Positions 1-12,494 of a DNA stretch of 64,000 nt are shown piece by piece. Position numbers and translations under genes: made by a program. Source of the DNA: Octopus vulgaris (taxonomy: Eukaryota); assembly GCA_951406725.2 (NCBI GenBank), contig OX597815.1, positions 150,040,001 through 150,104,000 on the forward strand. The letters are read 5' to 3'. A model generated the notes under the pieces. The model saw only the letters and a program-made list of their open reading frames with translations. It was not told the DNA's origin and did not search any database. Each line of letters opens with the position of its first letter. Within the stretch, counting starts at the first letter, position 1.

Positions 1-1334
1 ATGACAAAATATGTTCTCATGTGCCAAACAATTTGTATTGCGTACATTACGTGCTTATCATTTATATCCTATTCTCTTTTGCTTGGAGTTAAGCATATGC
101 AGTGAATACCATTAGGTATTATCCCACTCTCACATATCTAATAGCTTTACTTACTGGTATTTTCTCGAACGTTTCTGTAAGAAATGTGGTGAAATTTATT
201 ATGTATACACATAGCCTCTCCTAACATGTCTTATTTACCGAAGCAGAATAAAAAAGGTAAGCCAAATAGAAACGACTAATATCACAAAACACTCCGTGGG
301 CGTAAGCCTAAAATCATTAAGCTTAATCAAACTGGACAAGGGAAGATGCCAATATACACTTCAGTGTACGGCTATTCTTCATCCATACAAGTGTAATTCT
401 ATAATCAATTACGCGGCAGTAATGTTTGCACTTGCATGTCACAAATGTTACTTGGGATGTCATTTTAACGTACGATGTAAAACGAAGTACAGGAAAAAGT
501 ATACTACACTGTCTCATCACGTCAACATCCACCACCACCACCACCGATTAGTAAATTTTGAGCACTTCACTTGTCGTTGAAGCATAACAAACAGGAACCC
601 AGAGAAAATGAAGCCAGCGTAATTTGGTTGCGCTTTGAAGATTTAATCTTATAGACTCTGCTTTAAATATATATAACGACGATGAAATCTAAATATGTCC
701 AGTAGAACTTAACAACAACAATTGACGCAATGCCTGTTATCAAATATTTATACTGTGGTAGGTTAATCACTATACGTATCATCATCTTGTGGTAATATTT
801 TCCCTATCTGTTTCAAACAATTTTCACACTGTCAGTTCTTATTTCCTTCTTTGCATATGTTTCTGCCTTTATCATTTCGAAGATAGAATTTCTTTCTTCT
901 GATATCTCAATTGAAATATTTAATATTTCTTCAGATTCTATTAAGAAACAACTCTTCAATTTCCTGACATAATTTGCGTCATTGTTTGTGCATTAAACAT
1001 TTCCCTTTCGTAATTGTCTTCTACTCGTGTTTCATTGCAATATAAGTATCAATTTCGATTCTATAATATATTTGCAAGCTATTATCATTTCGACATTTAT
1101 AGTGGATTTAATACTTACTTTTAAATAGATCTTATCGTAGTCTGTCTTCAATTATGAAAATATATACTGCTTTTCGAGTAAAATGCTTCAGAATAATATC
1201 GATATTTCACACTTTACGGCGAGTCGTGGTATAGAACGAAAGAATGCAAAATGGAAGTATTGTTTTGTTCACACTTCTTTCGCGTCACCTATACATCTAA
1301 TACATAATTTTAAATACATGTGGATACTTTTTTT

Positions 1335-1540
1335 ACTCTAAGCACAAGGCCCGAAATTTTTCGAGAGATGGCCAGTCGATTAGATCGACCTCAGTACGCA
1401 ACTAGTACTTAATTTATCGACCCGGAAAAGATGAAAGGCAAAGTCGACCGCCGTGGAATTTGAACTCAAAACGTAAAGACAGATGAAATACTGCTAAGCA
1501 TTTCGCCCGGCGTTGTAACGTTTCTGCTAGCTCACCGCCT
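1335..1540 (-). mobile_element. tRNA-derived SINE, family 1 (central GCCTTTCATCC..GGTCGATAAA..AGTAC domain)
   Basis: The minus strand reads GGCGGTGAGCTAGCAGAAACGTTA (A-box-like) ... GAGTTCAAATTCC (B box) ... GTCGACTTTGCCTTTCATC..GGGTCGATAAATTAAGTAC. More than 12 related copies occur in the window. Confidence 0.9.
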
Positions 1541-1919
1541 AAATACATGTGGATTCTGGCATAACAATGTAACTAAGAAGCTCGCTTTGTAACTAAAGGC
1601 TTCGTGTTCCGTTTCACTTTGCAGTACATTAAACAAGTGTCTTCTTAAATAGCCAGAGAGGGCCAACAATTTGTGACAGGTTTTAGAAGGAGTACTGAGA
1701 ATTCCTGGCTTTAAGGGTATCACGAAAAGATCTCCTGCGAGGCCCAACCTTCCGATTTCTTCTATCTTTTACAGGGCATAGAAAACATGAAGGACCATTG
1801 CAATAAATGTGTGAATCTGAGAGGGGAAGATGTTGAATAAAGTCTTGTATTTTATCTTACCCAAAGCCAGGAACCTTCCAGCAGCCCCTTGTATATATGT
1901 GTGCATATATATATATATA

Positions 1920-1966
<47 letters not shown>

Positions 1967-2424
1967 GTATGTATGTATGTATGTACGTATGTGCGTGTGC
2001 GTGTGTGTGTGTGTGCGTGTTTATTAGGGATAGTGACTTCGTACCTGACAAACAGTGTTCGCCTGCTCACCTCCTAAAAATTAAAGAATCGGCCGAAAGA
2101 GGCAATTGAATAAGTCTGGTGTTTATCGAATCCGTCTCTTAAAATATCTGCTATAAAAGGAACTTTTTCAGGTCATTGACGCAAATATATGAACATAAAC
2201 AATATATGTATTTCTCAAAAGGAAGTACATTCAATCAAGAGAAAGTCCATTCAGATCAGCATTGTACACTTACTAATCACTGTTATGATAAGGCATCCAT
2301 ATTACTAAGTAATATTCTATTTGCTTGCAGTCCTATGCATAAGTTCAAATCTGAATCGATTTACTTTATCTCTTTTTCAGCGGAAACTCACTAAAACTCA
2401 CAATACATAAGATATATCATCATT

Positions 2425-2730
2425 GGGAGGTGCAATGGCCCAGTAGTTAGGGCAGCGAATTCACGGTCGGAGGATCACGGTTTCGATTCCCTGACCGGGC
2501 GTTATTATGTGTTCATCGAGCGAAACCACCTAAAACTCCTCGAGGCTCCGGCAGGCGGTGGCGGCGACCTCTGTTGTACTCATTCGCCCCGACTTTCTCT
2601 CACTCTTTTTTCCTGTTTTGTGGGTAACGCTGCAATGGACTGACGTCCCGTCCAGCTTGGGGGAGCACATACGCCACAGAAACCAGGAAACGAGCCCATG
2701 AGCCTGGCTGCTCTTGAAAAGGGTGCATAA
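2425..2730 (+). mobile_element. tRNA-derived SINE, family 2a (V-domain-like body)
   Basis: Head GGTGCAATGGCCCAGTAGTTAGGGCAGCG..GGTTTCGATTCC carries A and B boxes. Body TGCAATGGACTGACGTCCCGTCCAG resembles the V-SINE central domain. Confidence 0.8.
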
Positions 2731-2785
2731 ATAGATATTGTCATTTACTGAATTTATAGTATTCAAGCGAGTTTTAGCAATGATA

Positions 2786-3181
2786 TTTATTTCTTTATTT
2801 CCCACAGTGGGCTAAACATAGAGGGGACAGAAAAGGACAGACAAAGGTATTAAGTCGATTGCAACGACTCCCATTGCGTAACTGGTACTTATTTGGTCGA
2901 CTCCGGAAGGATGAAAGGCAAAGTCGTGCTCTACGGAATTTGAACTCAGATCGTAACGGCAGGCGAAATAACTATTTCTTTTTCTTTACTGCCCACAAGG
3001 GGCTAAACACAGAGTGAACAAACAAGGACAGACAAAGAGATTAAGTCGATTATATCGACCCGAGTGCGTAACTAGTACTTATTTAATCGACCCCGAAAGG
3101 ATGAAAGTCAAAGTCGACCTCGGCGGAAATACCGCTAAGTATTTTGTCCGGCGTGCTAATGATTCTGCCAGCTCGCCGCCC
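2786..3181 (-). mobile_element. Two adjacent family-1 SINE copies with the Tx1-like 3' tail
   Basis: Same central domain as 1335-1540. The minus-strand tail reads TGTCCCCTCTATGTTTAGCCCACTGTGGGAAATAAAGAAAT. Confidence 0.85.
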
Positions 3182-3204
3182 TGACAATGATATCAAATAG
3201 ACAG

Positions 3205-3376
3205 AGGCGTGGCTGTGTGCTACGAAGCTTGCTACCCAACCATATGGTTCCGGGTTCAGTCCCACTGTGTGGTACCTTGTGCAAGTGTCTTCTACTATGG
3301 CCTCGAGCAGACCAATTCCTTGTGAGTGGATTTAACAGACGAAAACTGTAAGAAACCCGACGTGTATGTGTGTGTT

Positions 3377-3463
<87 letters not shown>

Positions 3464-3640
3464 ATGCGTGTCCACCCTACCTGATAGGGATATTGGTGGG
3501 TTTACATAACCATAATTTTGGGTTCAGCAAAACAAACCGTTTAAAAAGTGGTGGTGGGGCAGTCTATTCTTTTAACTAAAATTCACAAGACGGTGCTCCT
3601 GCCCGGTCGCAGTCTATTGACTGAAACAAGTAAGGGATAA
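3205..3640 (+). mobile_element. tRNA-derived SINE, family 3, with an internal (TG)n tract
   Basis: GGCGTGGCTGTGTG..GGTTCCGGGTTCAGTCCC..ACCTTGTGCAAGTGTCTTCTAC..TTGTGAGTGGATTT. Related copies lie at about 55095-55880, 57424-57546 and 58150-58320. Confidence 0.85.
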
Positions 3641-3645
3641 AACTG

Positions 3646-3676
<31 letters not shown>

Positions 3677-3888
3677 GAGAACTTCGTGTGTATTTATTAT
3701 GATAATCCTCATAATTGTGAAAGTGTCATTTCTCTCCCGATTTCATTATCATAACAGGCTACTGTGCACAAGCAACACGCTTGGCATTGATGCACTAACT
3801 GATAGGGAATTTTCACATTCCTTTACAAGAGTTCATTTCAGATCAATAAATTCTGAACTACATCTCACCAAATGACGTCGTCAGCGTT

Positions 3889-4120
3889 TTATCGTATGTC
3901 CGATAATTTATTTGGTGTCTTCTTGACCACTTCTTCCCCTCTGTCCATGTTCATGCCTCTGATGACTAATGAGGTCGATTCTTGCATGGAAGTGTCTGTT
4001 GCAAAGCTCACAACGGATCCCTGGTGGAGACTTTGGTAGTTGCAGCCTCCATTTTCTTTCCTGTCGTTTTTCTTCCTCTTTCGTCTGTCGTTCAGTGTTA
4101 TTGAACTAACGCCACTGATT
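3889..4120 (-). CDS. Candidate 3'-terminal coding exon of an unidentified host gene (ISGVSSITLNDRRKRKK...KLSDIR*)
   Basis: Non-repetitive and GC-richer than its flanks. A minus-strand acceptor TTAATTGTTTAG (AG at 4122-4121) precedes a 76-codon open frame ending in a stop, with AATAAA about 190 nt downstream. No upstream exons were established. Confidence 0.4.
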
Positions 4121-4649
4121 CTAAACAATTAACAGACATTTTCAGTGTATTTGTTATATACAAGCTATTATGCTTGCTGCAAACATCTACAGCTACATAT
4201 TTAACAACTTTTTACTTCAAAATTTATTTCTGTGTCTGTTCACCAAAAAATATTGCCGATGAAACTTGGATTGATTAATTCCTGTTCAACAGAATGCGTC
4301 ATAATATTATATCTTAAATTCGAGGCTAGGTTTTACAGACATCGAATCAAACTGTAAATTACCATTAATACCTCATTAATCTTTGTTTATTTTAGTGGCA
4401 GATGTTTAGTTATGATTTCCCAAACAGAATATTCTTAAGAAATAAGAGCAGCATGTGTATCTTCATTTCATGTTTATTTAATTGCACTGGAATGCAACCA
4501 CAGAGGTTAATGTGCACATACATCACACAAAACACACACATATACGCAAAATCACCCTCCCCACACACATACTAATATGCATATGTATATATTGGTGTAT
4601 ATATATATAGATATATCAATAAGGATTCATATATACATGTATGTATGTC

Positions 4650-4885
4650 TATATAATTAAATTAGGCAGCGTTTTAGCAATGTATCACCAAAAAGGAAAA
4701 TTGTAATATGACAGAGTGTGCTAGAACACCAACAATGCTAGAGATATGAGCTAAAGTGCTCTCATACAGTAGTCAGTGCACATAATTTTATATGTATGTA
4801 TACAATTATATGTGCTTTGACTGCAGTATCAGAGCACTTTAGCTATCATTTCTAGCATTGTAGGTGTTCTAACACCCTCTGTCAT
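4650..4885. repeat. Small fold-back element in (TA)-rich DNA; imperfect arms of about 80 bp within 4708-4885
   Basis: ATGACAGAGTGTGCTAGAACACCAACAATGCTAG... pairs with ...CTAGCATTGTAGGTGTTCTAACACCCTCTGTCAT. Confidence 0.8.
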
Positions 4886-5092
4886 ACATATATATATATA
4901 TAGATGAGTGTATTTTTACCTTGTTAACAATTAACACGGAAAAAATAAATAAATAGTTACCAGGGTAGAAAAATCTCACAAGTAAAGATGTTGTAACTCC
5001 TTGTTTATAAAGGTAGAAACTTCGTGTTTACGTTGAATATTTTGAATAATATATGACTAAATAAATGGAGTTTAACGTAGGTGTAATCAAAT

Positions 5093-5188
5093 ATTTTTGC
5101 TTTCAACACATGTTTCGAAAATCCAATGATACTATTCAAAAGAATAAATGATATAAACAATGCAATCTTCTCCTCAGGAAAGTGAAAA
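5093..5188 (-). ncRNA. Type I hammerhead ribozyme motif with cleavage triplet mutated to GUU
   Basis: TTTTCACTTTC-CTGAGGA-long stem II-GAAA-CATGTG-TT-GAAAGCAAAA. Confidence 0.7.
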
Positions 5189-5384
5189 CAGCGAAACTTG
5201 TCAATAAGACATTTTAGCAAAAAATGATGGATTTGTATAGCGATAGACAGAACGCTATTAATATTGTTTAAAAAAACGTTATATGATATAACGTCATACG
5301 TAGCTAACAGAAAGAGTAGGGATACCAATAGTGAATGTTAAATATAAAGGAAATTAAAGTTTGAATTATATATAATGATAGAGA

Positions 5385-5657
5385 CTACCTATATGCACTA
5401 AATGTATGTTTTTGCCAATGCTTACATCTGTATGCTCGCTCTATAACCGTGTTTACTAGAGTATTTTTAGAAAAAATAATGAAAAATAGTTCTGAATTGC
5501 AAAGAAGACAGAATTTCTTGCCTTTGTCATATGGTATCGAAATTGAGAGAATCAACCATTCTAAATGAAATTGTTCAATGTGGTCTTTTAAATCCCAAAT
5601 CAGTTTACTGAGACCGGTACTATTACGTTTATTTCTATCCCTAAATGCTGAGTAATG
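5385..5657 (-). pseudogene. C-terminal half of a PLE GIY-YIG endonuclease (absent from the ORF track)
   Basis: Manual translation HYSAFRDRNKRNSTGLSKLIWDLKD...EWLILS..PYDKGKKFCLLCNSELFFII...RCKHWQKHTFSAYR* aligns with the endonuclease at 23387-23680. Confidence 0.9.
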
Positions 5658-5941
5658 GATAGAAATTCTGTCTTCTTTGCAATTCTGAGCTATTTTTCAT
5701 TATTTTTTTCTAAAAATACTCTAGTAAACATACATTTAGTGCATATAAGTATAATTATATATAATTTAAACTTTAATTTCCTTTATATTTAACATTCACT
5801 ATTGATATCCCTACTCTTTCTGTTAACTACTCATGACGTTATATCATATAACGTTTTTTTAAACAATATTAATAGCGTTCTGTCTATCGCTATACAAATC
5901 CATCATTTTTTGCTAAAATGTCTTATTGACAAGCTTCATTT

Positions 5942-6038
5942 TTTTCACTTTCCTGGGGAGAAGATTGCATTGGTTTACACCAATTATTCTTTTGAATAGT
6001 ATCAGTGGAATTTTCGAAACATGTGTCGAAAGTAAAAA
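5942..6038 (+). ncRNA. Type I hammerhead ribozyme motif with core mutated to CUGGGGA
   Basis: TTTTCACTTTC-CTGGGGA-long stem II-GAAA-CATGTG-TC-GAAAGTAAAAA. Confidence 0.7.
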
Positions 6039-6116
6039 TATTTGATTACACCTGCGTTAAACTCCATTTATTTATTCATATATATTATATACATATATAT
6101 ACAGACACACATACAG

Positions 6117-6152
<36 letters not shown>

Positions 6153-7039
6153 GCACAAACACACATATATATATATACTCACACGCACAAACACACATAT
6201 ATTCTATAAAATGTCTCGGCGTCAAAGCTGCGGTCATGCTGGGGCACCATCGGTGTATCTATAATGTAGAAAGCTCTAAAATCCAAACCGTATCCTCTCG
6301 AAGTACATCTGCTTCAAGATCAGATGTCCATGAAGAGGACACACAATGCATGAGGTACCACGGAGTGAAACAGAACGCGGAACCATGTTCTGGGAAGTAA
6401 ATATTTTACCACACAGCCACGCCGCACACATGAGTTTTGAAAGCAAATTCAATAGCCATATGCAACGATGGCTCAAATGTACTAGTTGTAGTGCACATTC
6501 TGTTAAATAGTATCTTGTACTGAGAAACATTTCTACTACCGTGTTTATCAATTTCAACGACCTGTTCAATTAATAAAAAAATGTTATGCCCAATTTTGCG
6601 TTGCTTTCGGTAAATGATGTAATGTGTAAACGATGAAGGCTTCAGGCCGAGACTCATAAAACAGGCCATAAATCAAACATATAACTGCATAATGAAGACG
6701 AAAATAATCATTAAAAGTTGTTGTAAATCAATATAATGGGCCTGCTCGTAAATAAACTCGATTAACTTGCAAGCAACCTTTTGTGTTTTCTCTGAACGAA
6801 AATCACGCTGATTTTTAGTTTCAGAATGTTCTTTCTAGCCAACATGAAACAGGTTCACTGAAGGAATGAAGCCTGCAGAACATTACGATTATGATGATAA
6901 TCTTGATAGAGGAAAAGTAATGAATTACGAGTAAAATAAGTAAGGGAATCATTTATGGGTCTAAAGGAACCAGGCGGTGATGAAAAGAGATTTTTTTATT
7001 AATACAGAAATACATCTCTATCTATCCATCCATCCAAGC

Positions 7040-7093
<54 letters not shown>

Positions 7094-7115
7094 TATCGAT
7101 TTATCTATCTATTTA

Positions 7116-7146
<31 letters not shown>

Positions 7147-7149
<3 letters not shown>

Positions 7150-7290
7150 AAGAAAAGAAAATGGAGATTGGGAAGTTATTCACTTAATACTCAGTAAATT
7201 TTAAATAAATATTAAATGCATATAAGCTGAGCATTATATTTTCAGAGGAAAAAGAATATACCCTTGGATGTTTTATACGTTTATGGATTG
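7147..7290 (-). mobile_element. Deleted copy of the HHR-bearing pLTR family found at 35250-35545
   Basis: The reverse complement matches 35370-35460 and the CTCCATTTTC end. The GAAA/stem III segment is deleted. Confidence 0.6.
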
Positions 7291-7960
7291 ATTAAACTGA
7301 ATATTGAACCAGTATTTTCTTGGAGGAACCCATCCCTTCATGATGTTAACACAACCTCTAATTGAATTTAATATATACACTAGGAAATTCATCCGTTCTT
7401 TGGACAGATAATTTTTTATAATGGTGCAGTCCTGTGGAAGGTTTAAGTTAAATTAGCTCGCAATTAGAAGTCGTTTCAAGTTGATAAACGTCAAATATAT
7501 AATTACCTTTTTCGTTAGCAGTTTACGATATGGTATTAAGCAACTCTGATAATGAACAAAGCTTTTTGAACACAAATTTGGCAGTTAGTAATAAATGGAA
7601 TGCCATGAAATGAGATCGCAATTGCAGTAGGCATTAGGGATCCTATATCTTACCTGAAGCGCTTTGCATCATGTACTTATGTTTCTCGTAATACGTGACA
7701 CAACCGCATTGAAGCTTCATTTCAATGAAAGCTATGCATGATAAAGAAATGCAAACATTTATAGCAAACACACAGAATAAAAAAAAAAAGACATGTCAGA
7801 GTATGCTTATGTGCAAACAGTGTGCGTGAAGTAAGAAGAGTCATTGAAAGTAATCTTTTAATCAGGGAAGTGAAGCATAATATAATGAAATACTTGCAGG
7901 AAGTCTGATTGCTAACGGCTACAGCTTGGCGTTAATGTGAAGATTGTAGTTGAGTAATAA

Positions 7961-8335
7961 CTACTGTAGGACTGCTTCGTAGACATTTTGTTTTTATTCT
8001 CCTTCAGGTGGATATATGAATAAGTTGTCTGGATGGCCAATTCTGGAACAACCGACGTAGAACTGTCCATGTGAAAAGCACAACGTTCGAACGTCCAATC
8101 AAACAACTTTCAACGGCTGACTGTGTGTTTTGTAAATTGTCATGGCGAAGCTGAATTTGAGATGGAACTGAAATCTATGCATAGGGTAGGAGCAGTCTGC
8201 TGGTGTTAGCGGAATTTTCGGAATGAAAACGGTATCGTTTTTGCTGTGGCCCATCATTTGTTTGACTAGAAGGCGAGTTCCATTGCATAGTGTGGGTGTG
8301 TTTAGATTGCGTAGGAGGATGACTCCAGCCGCTCT
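7961..8335 (-). pseudogene. Helitron RepHel PIF1-like helicase, C-terminal fragment
   Basis: LLRNLNTPTLCNGTRL..VFIPKIPL..RFQF..FAMTIYKT..LKVV*LD..CFSHGQFYVGCSRI..NVYEAVLQ* matches the C-terminal motifs of the PIF1/Helitron helicase, with in-frame stops. Confidence 0.9.
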
Positions 8336-8424
8336 CTGAGAAGACACTTATCGAAGAAAAGAGCAAGGGACAGCTATCAACGCACACTAGGTAACTGCTC
8401 CATCCATGACAGAGATTTATGCCA

Positions 8425-9090
8425 ACGTGTAATTTTTAAGTATAAAATCCAATGTAACAAGTTTAACATTGTTATGTGGGTAGAACAACAAGACCATTAC
8501 ACATTCTAATCAAAGAACATCGAAACACACAAGCATCCACCTTCAGAAAACATCTAGACAGACGTCAGAATACCGACAAAAGTATAACAATCGCGATTGA
8601 GACCAATGAGAGAAATTTTACAAATTTAAGAATTAAGGAGGCTGTCCTCATAGACAGACTAGGGCCCCGAACTAACAATAGGTTGGAAATGAACAATCAC
8701 TATATTATTTAACAACTCGACACCTTGCACGCACGATGGTAACATGCTCATATAAGAAACAATATGCACAGATAATACATAACTTCAAAGCAGCACTGAG
8801 GATATGCCAACACATATGAGCTCAAGACATGACCGCCCTCACACGCTTCTCATGAGGACTTCCGGAAGGGACTTCGTGAGACAGCTGCAGACACGCTTCC
8901 GACAAATTACAGTAACTATTGGAAAACGACTATAACAGTAACTTCATTAATTCCTAGCAATATCTGTAGAAGGAATTTTTATATTCCGAAATATTAGACT
9001 ATGAGTAATTAAATTATTCAGTTATTATAGTCCACTCTGTATTTCACAAACAATACACAATGCTTCCCGCGAACTACGATATCCTCTTAT
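8425..9090 (+). mobile_element. Penelope-like 3' fragment: GIY-YIG endonuclease remnant plus 3' region
   Basis: YKIQCN..YVGRTTRPLHILIKEH...LRIKEAVLI..GPRTN. A degenerate HHR-like CTGTAGA-A-GGAA..TTCC-GAAA lies at about 8964-8991. The 3' region recurs at 16490-16760. Confidence 0.8.
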
Positions 9091-9462
9091 ATATGAAGAT
9101 CTATGTAGAAGGAAATAAAAACTGATAATTTTCAAAAGATGAACATTCCGGCATAAGCTTAAATATATTTATAGATGTTAATCTGTCTACCATGAAGACG
9201 GAAGCTGGATGTACTGTAATGCTTATATGCATCTACTACTGGTTGCATATGTTTGACTTTTTGCACACTCCATCTACCAAAAGTATAATTATTCTGTAAT
9301 ACCTACCATTCCCCCAGACATAGTTGTCGGACCTAAAGTATAATGCCCACTTCTTTACTTTTCTGTGTGTTTTGTACTCCATGTAAATCTGTTCTTTGTA
9401 AACATAAATATATCTATGGTTATACTAGTAACACTCAAAAGTGACCTGACACACGTTTGTAC

Positions 9463-9517
<55 letters not shown>

Positions 9518-9518
<1 letters not shown>

Positions 9519-9705
9519 CATGGCGGATCGCTACATCCAAAAGTTTTTTAAGTCTTTCTCTGTTTATTTTGTATTGTTCCTTTCTGTCGAAGAGCGTAGG
9601 CTCCAAACGTAGAAGACCTTCTCACTTTCCAGAGCGTCAAACTATTACACCTTCTTGTGTTCATACACCTTTCTTTATTTTTGTTTTCCTGTACGTGTCA
9701 ACTAT
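9518..9705 (+). mobile_element. Short (TA)n-embedded element with a variant HHR-like motif (copy 1 of 4)
   Basis: CTTT-CTGTCGA-A-GAGC-GTAG-GCTC-CAAA-CG-TA-GAAG, flanked by (TA)n. Confidence 0.7.
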
Positions 9706-9764
9706 ATATATACATACATACATAGATACATACATACATACATACATTCATACATACATATACA

Positions 9765-9844
<80 letters not shown>

Positions 9845-10734
9845 TATATACATACACACACACACTCATACACACACATATATATACTAGTGCAAGCCTA
9901 AGTGAGTTTGTTTATATACATCATTAACTGTGTGTGTATGCAGGCACGTGCGCGTGTGCGTACGTATTTTCGTGCATGTGATGAGCGTGTGTATGTGTGT
10001 GTCGTGTGTGCGTGCGTGGATATATGTATACGCAGACTTGGCCACTGAGGAATTCCTCCTTTTTTCTACGATCCATTATGTATAGGTGTGTATATGTGTG
10101 TACATGCGTGTGTGCGTATATGTGTGTATGTATGTGTGTGTATGTATGTATATACTACATACAAGGATATGTATATATATAAGATACATATATACATATG
10201 CATAAGCAAACTTTGAGTGGATATAAGAGCAAACTCTTGGAAAGATGACGATACGAGTGAAAAACAATTTTTGCCTTAAATTCCTACTGGACTTACATAC
10301 AATGCAAATATAATGAAGGTCAAATGAACGGTTATACAACAGAATTATGTCGTAAATTTGCTATGAATAACAGCAGTAGAAAAACAAATAGAAATTACGC
10401 AACAGCCGTGCTTGGAAATGTAGGTACTGAGTGTTAATACCTGTTTGTATAAACCAGCATCTACAAAGGTAGAATAGTCGATAAACACAACGCTGTTGTG
10501 TATGAAAACATACAAGTTAATTAATTTGGAAAATTTTATTGAACTTCATTAGAATTTTCAGTCGTCATTGTCGGCATTTCTTTGATACAATGATGTGATC
10601 TTAGAAATAACGATTTCGGCAATATGTTGAATGTATTAATGTATTATTACAATTAACTGCAACCCCGTTAATGCAGGCCGATCAATTTGACATGACTAAT
10701 TATCATACTACATTTATTCTTCAACTTCCTTTTG

Positions 10735-10777
<43 letters not shown>

Positions 10778-10783
10778 CATACA

Positions 10784-10833
<50 letters not shown>

Positions 10834-10837
10834 TACA

Positions 10838-10877
<40 letters not shown>

Positions 10878-11204
10878 CGTACATCTATATATACGTGTGT
10901 GTGTGCGTGTGTATAAATATATGAGAATTCATATATAGTCAGCGTCGGAAAAACATTACTAAGGTGTGGTGGCCATAAGAACAAAAGTATAATCAAACGA
11001 AACCATTAATATATACTTAATTACATACATTCGCACTCACAGGCAGATATAGAGACGTTTAGAAGGAGATAGAAACAGAAAAATATATATGTGCATATAA
11101 ATATATATGCATATATATGCACATATACCTGTATATGTCTATATAATGTACGTATATATATATATATATATATATGTGTATATATATCTACATACAGGGC
11201 TATA

Positions 11205-11267
<63 letters not shown>

Positions 11268-11574
11268 AAGGAAACAAATGCGGCATAAGCAACAACAACA
11301 AAGATAGTGACAACTTATATCTGATGGAAGGCTGAGCGTGTAACATAGTGAAATAGTTAATGAAGTTGAAACAATATATCAGATGCGCTAATTGAAGCGA
11401 AACATAAACTTTCATTAGCGTTGCTTATCAGCCGTGAAATGATTAAAGTGTCACTTAAACACGTACATTAATAAGTGCAACGTTTCCTATATTCAAGCAC
11501 ACACGTCAGCATATATGAATCATATACATACATACAAATGTATATATGTATATATATATGTGCGTGTGTATCTA

Positions 11575-11701
<127 letters not shown>

Positions 11702-11829
11702 GATTTGCTTGCTTGTGCGTATGTATACATAAATATACAGAAAGTCAATCAGATATCACCAGAAGGAGCACAAAATAAACACTGGTAGAATTTCGGGTTA
11801 ATTTTGAAAAAAAACAACATATAAGCAGA

Positions 11830-12205
11830 CACCTATGGACCGTCATAAAACATTGAATCTTGATTCCCTCCAGACCCGCTGTGAGTTTTATAACATTTTT
11901 ATAATTTGGAGAGTTATATCACCAGCGTTGCCTAAACCCCCTTAACATCAGATACAGACTTCGTCAAAGATTGATACCCACATGTCATACACAACCTATA
12001 TATTGCAGGACCCTAACATAAATTTACTATTTCACAATTTCTTTTCTTCAACAGGCCCTGCTCCATTTAATATTAACCGAACACGATTAAATAAGAAAAA
12101 GATCCCCTCTTCTTCAAACGAAATCTGGATGCATTCCAAGGGATAAGCCGCTCATAACTGGATACATTATAGTCTATTGCTATTCACTACTTGAATGGGC
12201 CATTG
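11830..12205 (+). mobile_element. Degraded 3' fragment of a CR1-type LINE
   Basis: Colinear with 34290-34680, e.g. TCAACAGGCCCTGC and CACTACTTGAATGG. Confidence 0.7.
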
Positions 12206-12224
12206 TGTCAGACAAATTGTCTTA

Positions 12225-12340
12225 AAAGTGACTCCTGTTGAAGAGCGTAGGCTCGAAACGTAAAATACTTTCTCACATTCTCCAGCGTCAAACTATTACA
12301 CTTGTATTCGTCTTTTGTTTTTCTGTAAATGTCAACTATA
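12225..12340 (+). mobile_element. Short element with a variant HHR-like motif (copy 2 of 4)
   Basis: CTGTTGA-A-GAGC-GTAG-GCTC-GAAA-CG-TA. The element ends GTCAAC(TA)n. Confidence 0.7.
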
Positions 12341-12441
12341 TATATATATATATATGTATAAGGGTGGAAAGGAACACACGAGTTGATATATATATGAAAA
12401 AACAAGTTAAAAATAGAAAATGCTAAGATAATTTTATAGTG

Positions 12442-12494
12442 AATCTTTCAGTACCGGTTTCGGTCATTTTGAGACCTTTTCAACTGTAACGATT
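12442..12494 (-). ncRNA. Minimal type I hammerhead ribozyme, U3-A8 variant
   Basis: AATCGTTACAG-TTGAAAA-GGTC-TCAAAAT-GACC-GAAA-CCGG-TA-CTGAAAGATT. Confidence 0.8.

Larger units (their letters stand above)
4903..6081 (-). mobile_element. 5'-truncated Penelope-like element (4903-5660) plus an inverted pseudo-LTR copy (5661-6081), in (TA)n
   Basis: Arms about 5050-5518 and 5661-6081 are inverted copies. The element carries a GIY-YIG C-terminus and an HHR in each arm. Confidence 0.9.

Noticed and set aside
296-580. 94-aa ORF with a His run
   Set aside because: GTG start, no domain or splice support, and the His run is a short (CAC)n repeat.
5005-5999. Two near-identical ORFs (5005-5328 minus and 5802-5999 plus) resembling a duplicated small gene
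   Set aside because: They are the two arms of a PLE inverted repeat read through the non-coding pLTR.
7654-7731. Candidate 78-nt minus-strand exon with a strong CAG|GTAAG donor (another GTAAGT donor at about 10296)
   Set aside because: Its phase is incompatible with the candidate terminal exon and the peptide is unrecognisable; such sites arise by chance in 64 kb.
11310-11456. Possible long hammerhead (AGTGACAACTT..CTGATGG..GGCTGA/TCAGCC..GAAA..AAGTGTCACT)
   Set aside because: Several core and junction mismatches and only one copy; too degenerate to call.
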